Source of the DNA: Candidatus Bathyarchaeota archaeon
GTDB taxonomy: Archaea > Thermoproteota > Bathyarchaeia > 40CM-2-53-6
Length of the DNA stretch: 64,000 nucleotides
Direction of reading: 5' to 3'
NCBI GenBank assembly: GCA_963833125.1
Contig: CAWHWX010000009.1
Location: 32,001-96,000 of the forward strand
Shown: positions 11,623 to 21,681 of the stretch, one piece after another
Position numbering within the stretch: position 1 is the stretch's first letter
How the letters are laid out: the number at the start of each line of letters is the position of its first letter
Notes under the pieces: generated by a model
The model's input: only the letters and a program-made list of their open reading frames with translations
The model's database searches: none
What the model was told of the DNA's origin: nothing
Program-made: the position numbers and the translations under genes

Positions 11623-12393
11623 GTGTATCGCGGCCTAAGAGTCTGCATCATAATCCCGGTCTTCAACGAACAAGACATGATCGGTTTTGTCTTGCGGACC
11701 TTGCCGCGCTTCGTTGACGTAGTCGTTGTCATCGATGATGGGTCAACCGACTCTAGTTACAACAACGCTATCGCGTACCAGTCTCGTTTTTCTCAATTTC
11801 TGCTCAGAAAGCATGCGAAGAACATGGGTTTCGGGGCTGCCTTGAAATCATGCTACATTACTTCCCTCGAGACAAGAGCGGATGTGGTCGTGCTAGTCGG
11901 GGGAGACGGCCAAATGGACCCACGAGATCTTCCGTCCCTTTTGGACCCGATAGTTGACGGTTCCGCGGACATCGTGAGCGGGGATAGGTTCTCGTCTCTG
12001 CGTGGAGCGAGAGAGAGTATGCCCAGAGACCGGCTTTCACTGAATCGGCTAGTTACGACTATTACAGCTGTAATCACGGGTTACCGAATTGCAGATGCAG
12101 AGTGCGGTTACTCTGCAATGAATCGGCGGTCTGTCGGAACGCTTGACTGGGCCGATATGAGCAACGGGTGGGGAATCGGATTAGAACGACTGATTCAACT
12201 CCGAAAACACGAGTTCTTACTTACGAATGTGCCGGTCCAAGCGATTTATAGAAGAAAAATATCCAAACTGCGATACCTTCCCTACCTCAGAGACTACGTT
12301 TCAGTCGCGTTCAGGCTTATGCCTCTATGGCTGCAATTCCCTTCCAAACCCGCCCGGGAAAGTCAGGTAAGGTTTCAAACTAATCAGTCATAG
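11623..12393 (+). CDS. Glycosyltransferase family 2
   Basis: IIPVFNE, VIDDGSTD, NMGFGAA, GGDGQMDP and DAECGY. Confidence 0.92.
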   Translation: MYRGLRVCIIIPVFNEQDMIGFVLRTLPRFVDVVVVIDDGSTDSSYNNAIAYQSRFSQFLLRKHAKNMGFGAALKSCYITSLETRADVVVLVGGDGQMDPRDLPSLLDPIVDGSADIVSGDRFSSLRGARESMPRDRLSLNRLVTTITAVITGYRIADAECGYSAMNRRSVGTLDWADMSNGWGIGLERLIQLRKHEFLLTNVPVQAIYRRKISKLRYLPYLRDYVSVAFRLMPLWLQFPSKPARESQVRFQTNQS

Positions 12394-12425
12394 TCAAAAG
12401 GGTTACAATACCAACTTGCTGTGAA

Positions 12426-14117
12426 TCACGGTTCCGAACCTAGTACGAAAACATTTTCCTCATGGAACAATATGTGAAGAGGAAGCACGCTCGGATTATT
12501 TTCAAGCGCTGCCCAATCAGCGGGCACTCCCGGTTCGATTGCCACCAACAACACCGACCTATTTGCGGTGTGATTCAACCACTGATGCAGTGACGGTAGT
12601 GGCTGGAACAGATCTTGGGCGTTTGAAGGCGGGTGGAGTGAAATCGCGACCACCCAAAAGCATTCAGAGGCAATACATTGAACGGGAACATCATTAGGTA
12701 TATTTTGGTTGATCCAGATTGCGGCATCGTACACAGGATGGCTAAGCGGCGTCGCGTTCGCCTCAGCTACGAGCTGATTATCATCTCTTATTGCAAACCC
12801 AAAGTTCGCAAGAATCAGAATGAGTATCAAGAAAGGAATAATTGATCGCCTCCCCCTGTTCAGAATCGACCGAAAACTAACGCCATCTTCCCTGAACAAG
12901 TACGCAGCAATTCCAATTGAGGAAAAATCGCCGAGATACCCAGACTTCGTGAAGAAATAGGACCCGTACTTCATCACTGAGTCGAGAAGAAAGAGCGCTG
13001 CCGCTTGGCAAAGCACTACGGTGTGTAAGCATGGAACGACCAATTCGCCCAAACTGATTCGCCTCTGCTTGGTTAGCAGCAGAAATGAGATGAGGCCTGC
13101 TACTCCTAATGCACCGATTGGGATAAAGACAGGAAATGGCAGCGCGGGCGAGGAAGCGGGTAGATAGAAAGATAAGCGCTGTATGAACCATAGTATTCGT
13201 GGGAACGCAAGAGCTACCGACACGAGTAGCATCGTAGCAAAAGGTACAATCAAATTCCTACGACGCTTAACCAAGATAACAAGGAAAATAGTTGCGCTTG
13301 GGATAAGGGCCAGGTAGGGATAGGTTAACCAAATCGCAGCATATACTACTGATAGTAGAATCCAACCCTTCCTGTCTCCCCCGAAGGAACTTAGAAGTAG
13401 CAGACAGAAAGTCAAGGTTAGAAAGATTCCCATTAGTTGAGCGTAGTAGCCCGCGGCGAAAAGATCGAAAGTGTACGGGCAAGCGATCGCCAACCCCGCG
13501 ACTAGAGGAATGTATCGGATTCGGCATTTGACCGAATCAAGGCTCAAGAAAACAAGAGTACAAACTGCTAGCGCAATCAAGAATTCGTTGAATGGCTGGA
13601 AGACAAAAATCAACGGCACCCCAAGGTCTTTTGATAAGAAGCTGATGGTTGCGTGATATCCATACGGATACGAGTCTAGCCCCGACATGATCGGCGAATA
13701 CCAAGAAGGTAGTCCAGTGAGTTTTTGCGTCGTAACAATGCTGTTCGCTACCGCGTAATGTGCCCAAGCATCAACACCGTAGGAAGAAGGTAAGTCTGAA
13801 GGAAAAACCGCCTTGAACACTGCAACTACCGAGGCCAACACAATGACTAGAACGCACGTTTCAACTCGTTTCAACACAATTCGTGGTCGTACTCTGTACG
13901 CACCTACCGCAGCCAAAACGAGCAAGCACAAGAAAACCGTGAGAAACAGCGTTTCACTTAGGAGGAAACCTACTCCGCTAGCGAATTCCGAAGTAAGAAT
14001 GACTAGAGAAAACTCCAAGGCAACTCCACCCAGAACGACCTTGTGAATTTCCTCCCAACGCGTTGCCAACATAAGGAGAATGCAACTCGCAAACAGGCCT
14101 ATCAAGATCGCAATCAT
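12426..14117 (-). CDS. Polytopic membrane protein, GT-C-like glycosyltransferase
   Basis: More than 10 TM segments, a luminal loop GVDAWAHY...YPYGYH, and a C-terminal DAAIWINQNIP domain. Located in a glycosylation locus. Confidence 0.65.
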   Translation of the reverse strand: MIAILIGLFASCILLMLATRWEEIHKVVLGGVALEFSLVILTSEFASGVGFLLSETLFLTVFLCLLVLAAVGAYRVRPRIVLKRVETCVLVIVLASVVAVFKAVFPSDLPSSYGVDAWAHYAVANSIVTTQKLTGLPSWYSPIMSGLDSYPYGYHATISFLSKDLGVPLIFVFQPFNEFLIALAVCTLVFLSLDSVKCRIRYIPLVAGLAIACPYTFDLFAAGYYAQLMGIFLTLTFCLLLLSSFGGDRKGWILLSVVYAAIWLTYPYLALIPSATIFLVILVKRRRNLIVPFATMLLVSVALAFPRILWFIQRLSFYLPASSPALPFPVFIPIGALGVAGLISFLLLTKQRRISLGELVVPCLHTVVLCQAAALFLLDSVMKYGSYFFTKSGYLGDFSSIGIAAYLFREDGVSFRSILNRGRRSIIPFLILILILANFGFAIRDDNQLVAEANATPLSHPVYDAAIWINQNIPNDVPVQCIASECFWVVAISLHPPSNAQDLFQPLPSLHQWLNHTANRSVLLVAIEPGVPADWAALENNPSVLPLHILFHEENVFVLGSEP

Positions 14118-14221
14118 GAAAGAGTACCATCATTGTAGCATTGGGACCCTACAACAGCTCTGGAACTGGCAGGCACTCGCGCAACTCTCTACACTCAGGC
14201 AAAGATCGCAACGCTTGGCTA

Positions 14222-14254
14222 CATTCGCAAGGAGAGCACTATATTTGCCTTAAC
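14222..14254 (-). promoter_or_regulatory. 33-bp upstream element, copy 2
   Basis: cattcgcaaggagagcactatatttgccttaac, two mismatches to 8483..8515. It lies between the divergent GT-C-like and GT4 genes. Confidence 0.7.
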
Positions 14255-14295
14255 CGCAAGCGTATGTACCTGACTAAGCGGCAAGAGGCCCATCA

Positions 14296-15441
14296 TTGAA
14301 GATTTGTATGGTCAATAGTTACTTTCCTCCGTGGAGGGGAGGCGCGGAAACATATGTTCACGAACTCTCAAAAGCCCTAGCGACCCGCGGACACGACGTC
14401 ACAGTACTTTGCACATCGGACCCCCTCAAACCCGGAACATACTATGTGGATGGGGTTCGGGTTAGGAGGCTGCGACAGTTAACTAGACTCTATGGAACGC
14501 CGGTTCAAGCAGGCCTTTTGAGAGAACTGCACGATTGTGACCCCGACATTTTCCATGCCAACTTTCCCAGCCCATACCTCGCATTCACCGTCGCCATTGG
14601 ATCATTCTTCAGAAAGATTCCAACCGTTTTGACGTGGCATAATGATCTTCCACCCGTAACATCCGGGGCGCGGTTCTTGATTGAAGCACACAACCGACTC
14701 GTCCTGCCCGAATACATCCGAGAATACCGAAAGATTATCGCCACTTCCGAAACATACCGGCGGATCTCACCAATTCTGCTGGGGCAAGGACCACGTGTTA
14801 TTGTAATTAACAATGGTGTCGACTGCAGGAGATTCAATCCAGGCGTGGACCCATCACTTGTTCAGAACAGGTTTGGGACGAAAGGCCGGTTCGTTGTGTT
14901 ATTCGTTGGAGCTTTGACGTGTTGGCACGGTTACAAGGGACTTCGCGTGTTGTTGAAGGCAATGAAACTGGTGGCGGAATCAGTTCCCGACGCCTTACTT
15001 TTGGTTGTAGGCGACGGCGACCTTAGGGCACAATACGAAAGCGAGACACATGATTTGGGACTCTCAGGGAATGTTCTCTTTGTTGGTGACGCACCCGATG
15101 AGGAATTACCTGCATACTACGCCGCTTCTGACTTGCTCGTCTTGCCTAGCGAAGACATGTCTGAAGGCTTCGGCTTAACTTTGCTTGAAGCCAACGCTTC
15201 CGGCCGCCCATGTATCGGGAGCAACACTGGTGGAATCCCGGAAGTGATCCATGATGGGATTAACGGATTTCTCGTACCGCCGAAGGATCCGAACACCCTA
15301 GCCCGAAGAGTGGTCGACATGGCAGGTAACGCGAAAGCTAGGGAGAAGATGGGTATGAATGGTCGAAAGATTGCCTTGTCTCATGATTGGGAAATTGTCG
15401 CAAGAAATACCGAGTATGTGTATAATGCTGCAATGGCTTAA
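14296..15441 (+). CDS. Glycosyltransferase family 4
   Basis: GGAE, NGVD, YKGL and EGFGLTLLEANASG (EX7E). Confidence 0.95.
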   Translation: MKICMVNSYFPPWRGGAETYVHELSKALATRGHDVTVLCTSDPLKPGTYYVDGVRVRRLRQLTRLYGTPVQAGLLRELHDCDPDIFHANFPSPYLAFTVAIGSFFRKIPTVLTWHNDLPPVTSGARFLIEAHNRLVLPEYIREYRKIIATSETYRRISPILLGQGPRVIVINNGVDCRRFNPGVDPSLVQNRFGTKGRFVVLFVGALTCWHGYKGLRVLLKAMKLVAESVPDALLLVVGDGDLRAQYESETHDLGLSGNVLFVGDAPDEELPAYYAASDLLVLPSEDMSEGFGLTLLEANASGRPCIGSNTGGIPEVIHDGINGFLVPPKDPNTLARRVVDMAGNAKAREKMGMNGRKIALSHDWEIVARNTEYVYNAAMA

Positions 15442-15531
15442 TCAGCCAGTGAAAGAGTCCGGCCTGATCGCACTGAACAATTCACTTTTCAGAAAGATAA
15501 TGAAAGGGATTTTTCGCGCTAGGCGGTAGCA

Positions 15532-16443
15532 TTACGCCCATCGCCTTTCTCTAACTATCGTTATCATCGTGAATAGGATTATGCCGGTGAAGAGTGATAA
15601 TAAGCCTATGAGACCGGACGCTATGGAAACCAGTGCTAGGTTCGTTATTACTCGGCCGTAGTTTTGATAATAGTTCAAAGTCAGTATGCCATAGAATAAT
15701 GAGTTTGCTAACGCGATCAAGGCGAATCCCCCGTAGAACAGCAGCGGATGCCTGATAGACACGAACTTTACGACACTGAAAAAGACATCAAAAGCATGCA
15801 TAATGGGGTTATGTGTTGAAGAGTCAAGGCCGGAGTACGCCGCCGCAATAGGCACTTCGACAATTCGCATTCCCGCCCGATCAGCCTTCATGATAATTTC
15901 CGAGTCGACTCCCATGCCAAACTCAGCCGCCACAAGGTTATCGATCGCCCTCCGAGAATAAGCTCTGAACCCACTCTGGGCGTCAACGAATCTGTCTCCG
16001 ATCTTAACTTGAGTAGCTACGTCTAGCACTCGTGCTCCAGCCCATCGATGGCGTGGCATATCGTTGGGTCTGGCTGTGCGACTTGCTATCACCACATCAG
16101 CCTCTCCCATCTCCATTGCATCTAGGAGTAAAGGAATCTTCGACGGATCATGCTGTCCGTCAGCATCTAAGGTCACGAGAACATCCACCCCATTTCGCTT
16201 GGCCCATTCGAAACAATCTCTCAACCCCGCCCCTTTACCAAGATTCTTTTCATGCCTGACCACTGCAGCGCCCAATCCCTGCGCAATAAGGCCTGTATCG
16301 TCGCTACTCCCATCGTCGACCACTAAAACCCCGTTAGCGTACTTTTGGGATCTCACAATTACCTTCGCAATCGTCGCTTCTTCATTAAATGCGGGTATGC
16401 CAACGACGACGTTCAAACGAGCCACAAGGTGAATACTGCCCAT
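15532..16443 (-). CDS. GT2, polyprenol-phosphate glycosyltransferase-like with C-terminal TM helices
   Basis: IPAFNE, VDDGSSD, NLGKGA, LDADGQHDP and DAQSGFRAYS; two C-terminal TM helices. Confidence 0.92.
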   Translation of the reverse strand: MGSIHLVARLNVVVGIPAFNEEATIAKVIVRSQKYANGVLVVDDGSSDDTGLIAQGLGAAVVRHEKNLGKGAGLRDCFEWAKRNGVDVLVTLDADGQHDPSKIPLLLDAMEMGEADVVIASRTARPNDMPRHRWAGARVLDVATQVKIGDRFVDAQSGFRAYSRRAIDNLVAAEFGMGVDSEIIMKADRAGMRIVEVPIAAAYSGLDSSTHNPIMHAFDVFFSVVKFVSIRHPLLFYGGFALIALANSLFYGILTLNYYQNYGRVITNLALVSIASGLIGLLSLFTGIILFTMITIVRERRWA

Positions 16444-16497
16444 CGCTGCTTAAAATCTCATAACTGACAACCCAGTCACTACTGATGAAAACAGCTG

Positions 16498-16998
16498 GTG
16501 CGAACGTTTCAGCCTCCAAAACTCGGCGTGGCACAACAAAAATGGATACCTACTAAACTTTGGAATGAAATCGTCGAGAAAATGCCGATTCCTTGCGTGG
16601 ATATAATCTTTCAACGGCCTAACAATTCTATCTTGTATGGTTGGCGGCTAATCCCTCCTTATCGAAATGTTTGGGCACTCGTTGGGGGCCGAATACTTCA
16701 TCGCGAAAATCTTCTCCAATCTGCTTCCAGAATCGCTAAGGAATACGACCTAGTTATCGGACGGCTTTATCTCAATGGAGTCTTTCCAGTCAATTTCCCG
16801 AACAGAGCTGATGTAGTAATCTCCCTCGCTGCTCGTGCGATATCGGGCGAGGCGCGAGTTGACGAGTATGAGTTTTCAAAATTCATATGGGCAACAAGGC
16901 CTCCTAAGAGATCTGGACGAAACTACCGTCGTATGGTTAGCAACTGGAATCAAGTTTCCAAATCGAAGGAATTCCTTCGCCTCAACCGTATCGCATAA
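16498..16998 (+). CDS. Nudix-fold protein, GDP-mannose mannosyl hydrolase-like
   Basis: MPIPCVDII and a modified Nudix box, WALVGGRILHRENLLQSASRIAKE. Confidence 0.7.
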   Translation: MRTFQPPKLGVAQQKWIPTKLWNEIVEKMPIPCVDIIFQRPNNSILYGWRLIPPYRNVWALVGGRILHRENLLQSASRIAKEYDLVIGRLYLNGVFPVNFPNRADVVISLAARAISGEARVDEYEFSKFIWATRPPKRSGRNYRRMVSNWNQVSKSKEFLRLNRIA

Positions 16999-17018
16999 AC
17001 CGAATGACTTAGAGAGAC

Positions 17019-18420
17019 CTATTTGACGAATGTTGGATCTCGCGTTCCCACAATGATTGAAGGTATCACAAACAACGCTAGGCTTGGGATGGCCACCCAG
17101 TCAAACAACCATTGTGGCATCTTAGTCCTGAGATTTGTCACTCCAACTGCGATGAAATAGAAGGCTGGGTAATACAGAAATTCAGCAAACCTCTCATCCA
17201 GGTTCGAAAGTCCAACGAACCTGCCGATCGGAGCATAAGTCGCCAAAAATCCGACTGCAAGGGCGACGGAGATTAACCAACTTAAAGCAACAACCAACCC
17301 CACCCCTCGAGGTTTTTCCCTCAAGTTACTTCGAAGCCCGTAGAGGGTAAGAATCGCGAAAGGAATCTTCCATCCATGCAGCAATAGAAAAGATGCAGGG
17401 CTTCCGTAAATCAAAACAATATACGAGGAATATTTCAGCAGAACAAGCCCAACACCTGCTGCCAGCGCAACAGCAAGGATGAGATACGCCACTCTCTCGT
17501 TAACTAGCATCACATCCCACTTCCCGCTGGCTGCGGACGTAAGCCACAGCCAAAGAAACAAAAACGATCACGACCCCAGCGGAAAAGAACAGCACGAAGA
17601 AATTGCTTCCAAATGTACCTGGTAGAATGTTGAATGGGTAGGCTCCGAACAATTCCACTCTCCAGATCCTGTACAAATCCGGCAAAGCAAATCTTAGGAA
17701 TAGCCCGTAGATTCCAAAGGCGAGGACTGTGTACACGGCGGTCCACAGATTCGCCTTCCGCAAGATCATCAGTAACGATAGTGTCAAGAGGAGAACTACG
17801 TAGGTTATCGGGGTGTGGAAGAGAAGGATGAGAAATGTTACTGCCATGATGCGAAGCAAAACTTGAACGCCCGGCTGCTCGAAGAGAATTTTCATGTCAC
17901 GCATTGCTAAGGGGAGTAGGAATAATCCGAATAGAGTCGGACGCGCGATGGTTGTGGAATAAATCATAACATCCGACATGGAGACGAGGACTACTCCAAC
18001 CATCGCCACCACGTAGCTTCCTTTGGCGAAGCTAGAATACATTCCAAAAGCCGGCAGTACGTACAAGCAACCTAAACCGATCGCCAATACGACCAGGGCT
18101 GTCGCATGGTTCAATTGAAGGAGCTGGCCGAAGAGTGCGGAAGCGTAGAAGATTCCCGGGCCTTGGGCAAGCGTTGTCACTGGAATCGTACTATTAGCTT
18201 GGTATGTGGCAAGGGAGGTTAACCAGAAAGTCTCATCCCCTGCACGCAAAGGGAAGTACGGTAGGTAGTATCGGTCGAATAGTTTCAATATCAACTGAGC
18301 AACCACCATCAATACTAGAACCACTCCGACGTTTCTCAGTCTGTTTGAGAAGCAGAGGCGCAAGCTGATGATTGTGAAAATGTAGAAAGCGAGCCAGATC
18401 AATACGATGTCCAGAAACAT
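17019..18420 (-). CDS. Polytopic membrane protein, GT-C-like (frameshift near 17550)
   Basis: Two overlapping, very hydrophobic ORFs (17500..18420 and 17019..17561). The acidic motif GDETFW sits in the first loop. Confidence 0.6.
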
Positions 18421-18817
18421 GCAACAGACACGGCATTCAGATTCTCAGGTGGAAATACAAGGGTTTGGGAAGGAGCTTGAAAATCATGGGAAGCTGCCGG
18501 TGAGGCCGGCGTTCCACAACGCGGCTCTAGTCACGAATGGAATACCTGTCATCACACAACCATACACACGCCAGCGAATGCCAAGTATCAGCGCTAGGGG
18601 CATGGCCAACCTGCAGCGAGATGTTAAGATGCTCGTGAATTGGCTATTTTTCAAGGCCTTGATACTTCATTGTGAGTGGTATTGTTTGAGCTATATCACA
18701 TAGTGTACAATGGCATGAATTTTGAGCCGAGAGAGTGATGCTTCCATGAAACTCACCATCCGCCTCCATGAGAGGCATCAAGTTTTTCACACCTGACCTC
18801 TTTCATGAGCTAGATGA

Positions 18818-19627
18818 GTGCTTAGGATGAGTTTTCAATTGAAGCTAAATCTAGAGTATGTAGCTTGTCCTGCGCTGATCGGGCTTCTCGTTCTCGCGTA
18901 TTCAACCCCCGTCTTTGCACAGCAGGCGAGCCTTTACTTTCATGACAACTCAGAGATATCATTCTCTTACCCGTCATTTCAGTTCGCGGGCTTCCAAGTG
19001 TCAGGTATCCAAGCAAGTCCCTCGAGTTCGAGTGCGCGAGTATTCGAATTCGCAACTCCTAGCGCACCAACTGGAAGTGGGATGGCTGTGACGATGTCGG
19101 CTACGATCTCCGTTTCAAGCCAACCCCAAGTTTACGCCGCCTTTGTAGCGTGGGTATCGAACCCATTCCCTTCCGCTGTAACCCTTGACGGCAATGTGAT
19201 AATGCATGTTTGGATGAGCAGCAATGACTCGTTGTTGCCATGGGAAGGTTCTGAGTTCTTTATGGGAGTAGCAGATTACTCGCCAACGAATTCAACGCAG
19301 TTCCAGCTTCTAGACGATTACCAGAGCAACGTCACCCTTGGGTACAACGGGTTCACTGGTTCACCAAATGAATACCTCATCAACACCATGAGGATTAATC
19401 AACACCAATTTCAGGCGGGTAGCATGCTGATGTTTATCGTGGGCGCGGGGTCTAACAAGCAGGGGTTGAGTTTCACGGTTTACTTCGACAGCCCCACTTG
19501 GCAATCCCGTGCCGACGTGCCAGCCGACCCAAGTCTAACTGTGCCCGAATTCCCTAACCTACTCCCGATAATCCTATCGACACTACTCCTGCTGCCGATC
19601 GTTCAGGTCAAACGTAGAAGGACTTGA
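18818..19627 (+). CDS. Secreted PEF-CTERM protein
   Basis: Signal peptide ending VFA and a beta-rich body. The C-terminus is TVPEFPNLLPIILSTLLLLPIVQVKRRRT. Confidence 0.82.
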   Translation: MLRMSFQLKLNLEYVACPALIGLLVLAYSTPVFAQQASLYFHDNSEISFSYPSFQFAGFQVSGIQASPSSSSARVFEFATPSAPTGSGMAVTMSATISVSSQPQVYAAFVAWVSNPFPSAVTLDGNVIMHVWMSSNDSLLPWEGSEFFMGVADYSPTNSTQFQLLDDYQSNVTLGYNGFTGSPNEYLINTMRINQHQFQAGSMLMFIVGAGSNKQGLSFTVYFDSPTWQSRADVPADPSLTVPEFPNLLPIILSTLLLLPIVQVKRRRT

Positions 19628-19657
19628 CTCGGGTAGGCGAGTTGGGATGGGTGGGCT

Positions 19658-20446
19658 TTGAAGCCTCTGATTACTCTGCTGACAGACTTCGGACTTCAGG
19701 ACTCATATGTGGCTGAAATGAAAGGGGTCGTCCTCTCAATTTGTCCCGACGCCAACCTCGTCGACATCACCCACCACGTTGGGAAATTTAACATACGGAT
19801 GGGCGCCTTCATCCTAGCCAACACAACCCCATACTTCCCTCCGCGAACAATCCACCTCGCCGTTGTGGACCCAGGCGTAGGCAGCACCCGCGCAATCGTC
19901 GTAGAATCGAGCCGCTCCCTGTATGTTGGGCCGGACAATGGGTTACTTATTCCAGCCGCCACGGCCGAAGAGATCCAGCACGTCTACGAGTTGACCAACC
20001 ACTCATTGGTGAGGAACCCAGGCTCCTCCACCTTTCAAGGACGGGATATTTTCAGCCCGATGGCAGCCAACCTAGCCTTGGGATTACAACCCAAAGAAAT
20101 TGGACCGGAGATCAAGGATTATGTGAAACTATCATTTGCCAGGGCAAAGTACGAACGCAGAGGGTTTCTTTGCGAAGTTATTCACATAGACGGCTTCGGG
20201 AATGTCATAACCAACATCACGCAAAAAGAAATGAACAAACTGGACGGCCACGCAAGGTTGGTGGTGAGGGTAGGCGGAAAACATTTTCCGGCTAGGGTAG
20301 TTGGAACATTCTCAGAGTTGAGGAAGCGAGAGTTGGGTGTTTTAGTTGGGAGTTATGGTTTTCTCGAGATCGCAAGTCTTGAAGCTAGTGCAGCTAAGAA
20401 GCTTGGGGTTAGAATCGGTTATGCCCTTCGCGTTGGTGGTGCCTAG
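19658..20446 (+). CDS. SAM hydroxide adenosyltransferase / halogenase family (DUF62)
   Basis: TLLTDFG, VDITH, VVDPGVG, GPDNG, TFQGRDIF and IDGFGN. Confidence 0.93.
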   Translation: MKPLITLLTDFGLQDSYVAEMKGVVLSICPDANLVDITHHVGKFNIRMGAFILANTTPYFPPRTIHLAVVDPGVGSTRAIVVESSRSLYVGPDNGLLIPAATAEEIQHVYELTNHSLVRNPGSSTFQGRDIFSPMAANLALGLQPKEIGPEIKDYVKLSFARAKYERRGFLCEVIHIDGFGNVITNITQKEMNKLDGHARLVVRVGGKHFPARVVGTFSELRKRELGVLVGSYGFLEIASLEASAAKKLGVRIGYALRVGGA

Positions 20447-20976
20447 GGTCATCGCTCAATGTTAGCTCTCTCAACCTCTCATCTCCGAATATGCTTTTGA
20501 TGTATCCTGCTACCGACGTTGGGACTAGTTTTTCCCAGCTGTCGCCGTTAACCACTCGTTCTCTAATCTCGGTTGAGGAGTAGGTTTCGCCGGTCGTAGA
20601 ATGGAATCGGTTCAACTCTGAACCCCGCTTCCTTGAGCAGACGTGACGTTACGGGTTCATTGGAAAATACCGCTTCGAACTTTGGGGTTTGGGATACGAG
20701 GTGTGAGACCCAGAGATCATGTATGCGAAGATCACGGATGGGAATGAGATAGTATTTTGCAGCGTCAATCTTCGCTTCATCCAAAGCGAGCCTAATCATA
20801 GTGACCCGCTCGCCAGCGGTAAACGGGTTGTGAAGGGTGTGACTGAACTGGGCGCTCCCAATCGCGATAATAATTTCCGGTACGCTGTTCAGGATATACT
20901 TGACACATTGTAAGTGGCCTAAATGAAAGGGCTGAAACCTACCAATGAGCAGCCCACGATTCCCGTTGACTTTCAA
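20409..20976 (-). CDS. nadM: Nicotinamide-nucleotide adenylyltransferase (frameshift near 20595)
   Basis: GRFQPFHLGH, IGSAQ and NPFTAGER; YSSTEIRER follows in the second frame. Confidence 0.93.
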
Positions 20977-20988
20977 GTCACGGTTCCT

Positions 20989-21585
20989 TCATTTTGGTGG
21001 TACCCACATTGACTTCTCCGAAACCTTTTGGTTTTGAAATTTGACGCCCTCAAGCTCAAGCAACCTACGTTTCATGTAGGTGCCAGTTGAAGGTTCACGA
21101 CCTCCCATCCCATAATTTCCAACTTTACCTGAAACGGGCACAACCCTGTGGCAAGGAACTATGAGGGGGAACGGGTTCTTAGCGACCGCAGTTCCAACCG
21201 CACGCGAATACCGCTTTCCTCCAAGCCTTCGAGCTATTGCCCCATACGTCGTCACCCGGCCACGTGGAATCTTACAAAGTAACTTGTAGACATCCCTTCG
21301 GAAAGTAGAAAGATTTGATAGGTCTAGGTTGCGCAAGTCCGCTACCTCGCCCTTACCACCGAGGAACTTGTGGAGCGTGCGGAAACTTGGATCAGCTCGA
21401 CCCATATTCGAGGCTTTCGGGAACTTCGCAGGCAAAGCGTTCCGAACAGACCTTTCCGCTTCTCCGCGGCTCCTGTCTGAGAAGGAACAAGCGACCATCT
21501 TCCCGTTAGGATTTAGGGCTACGGAAAACCATATTCCTCCTCGCTTCACCGATTCGACCTCTTTCACGAATGACCGCCTTGTCAC
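20989..21585 (-). CDS. ogt: Methylated-DNA--protein-cysteine methyltransferase
   Basis: IPRGRVTTYG, RAVG and active-site PCHRV. Confidence 0.93.
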   Translation of the reverse strand: MTRRSFVKEVESVKRGGIWFSVALNPNGKMVACSFSDRSRGEAERSVRNALPAKFPKASNMGRADPSFRTLHKFLGGKGEVADLRNLDLSNLSTFRRDVYKLLCKIPRGRVTTYGAIARRLGGKRYSRAVGTAVAKNPFPLIVPCHRVVPVSGKVGNYGMGGREPSTGTYMKRRLLELEGVKFQNQKVSEKSMWVPPK

Positions 21586-21681
21586 GTTTCAGTATGCGAT
21601 AGGTCGCTAGATAAAGGGTGAGTAGAAGGTAAATTACTTTCATTAGTCTCTGTAGTTGATTAATCCTCCATTACCTTCTAG

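Noticed and set aside
18735-18800. Possible C/D-box sRNA or hairpin (GTGATGC...CTGA; tgatgcttccatg/catgagaggcatca)
   Set aside because: The C box is imperfect, there is no clear C'/D' pair, and no target could be identified.
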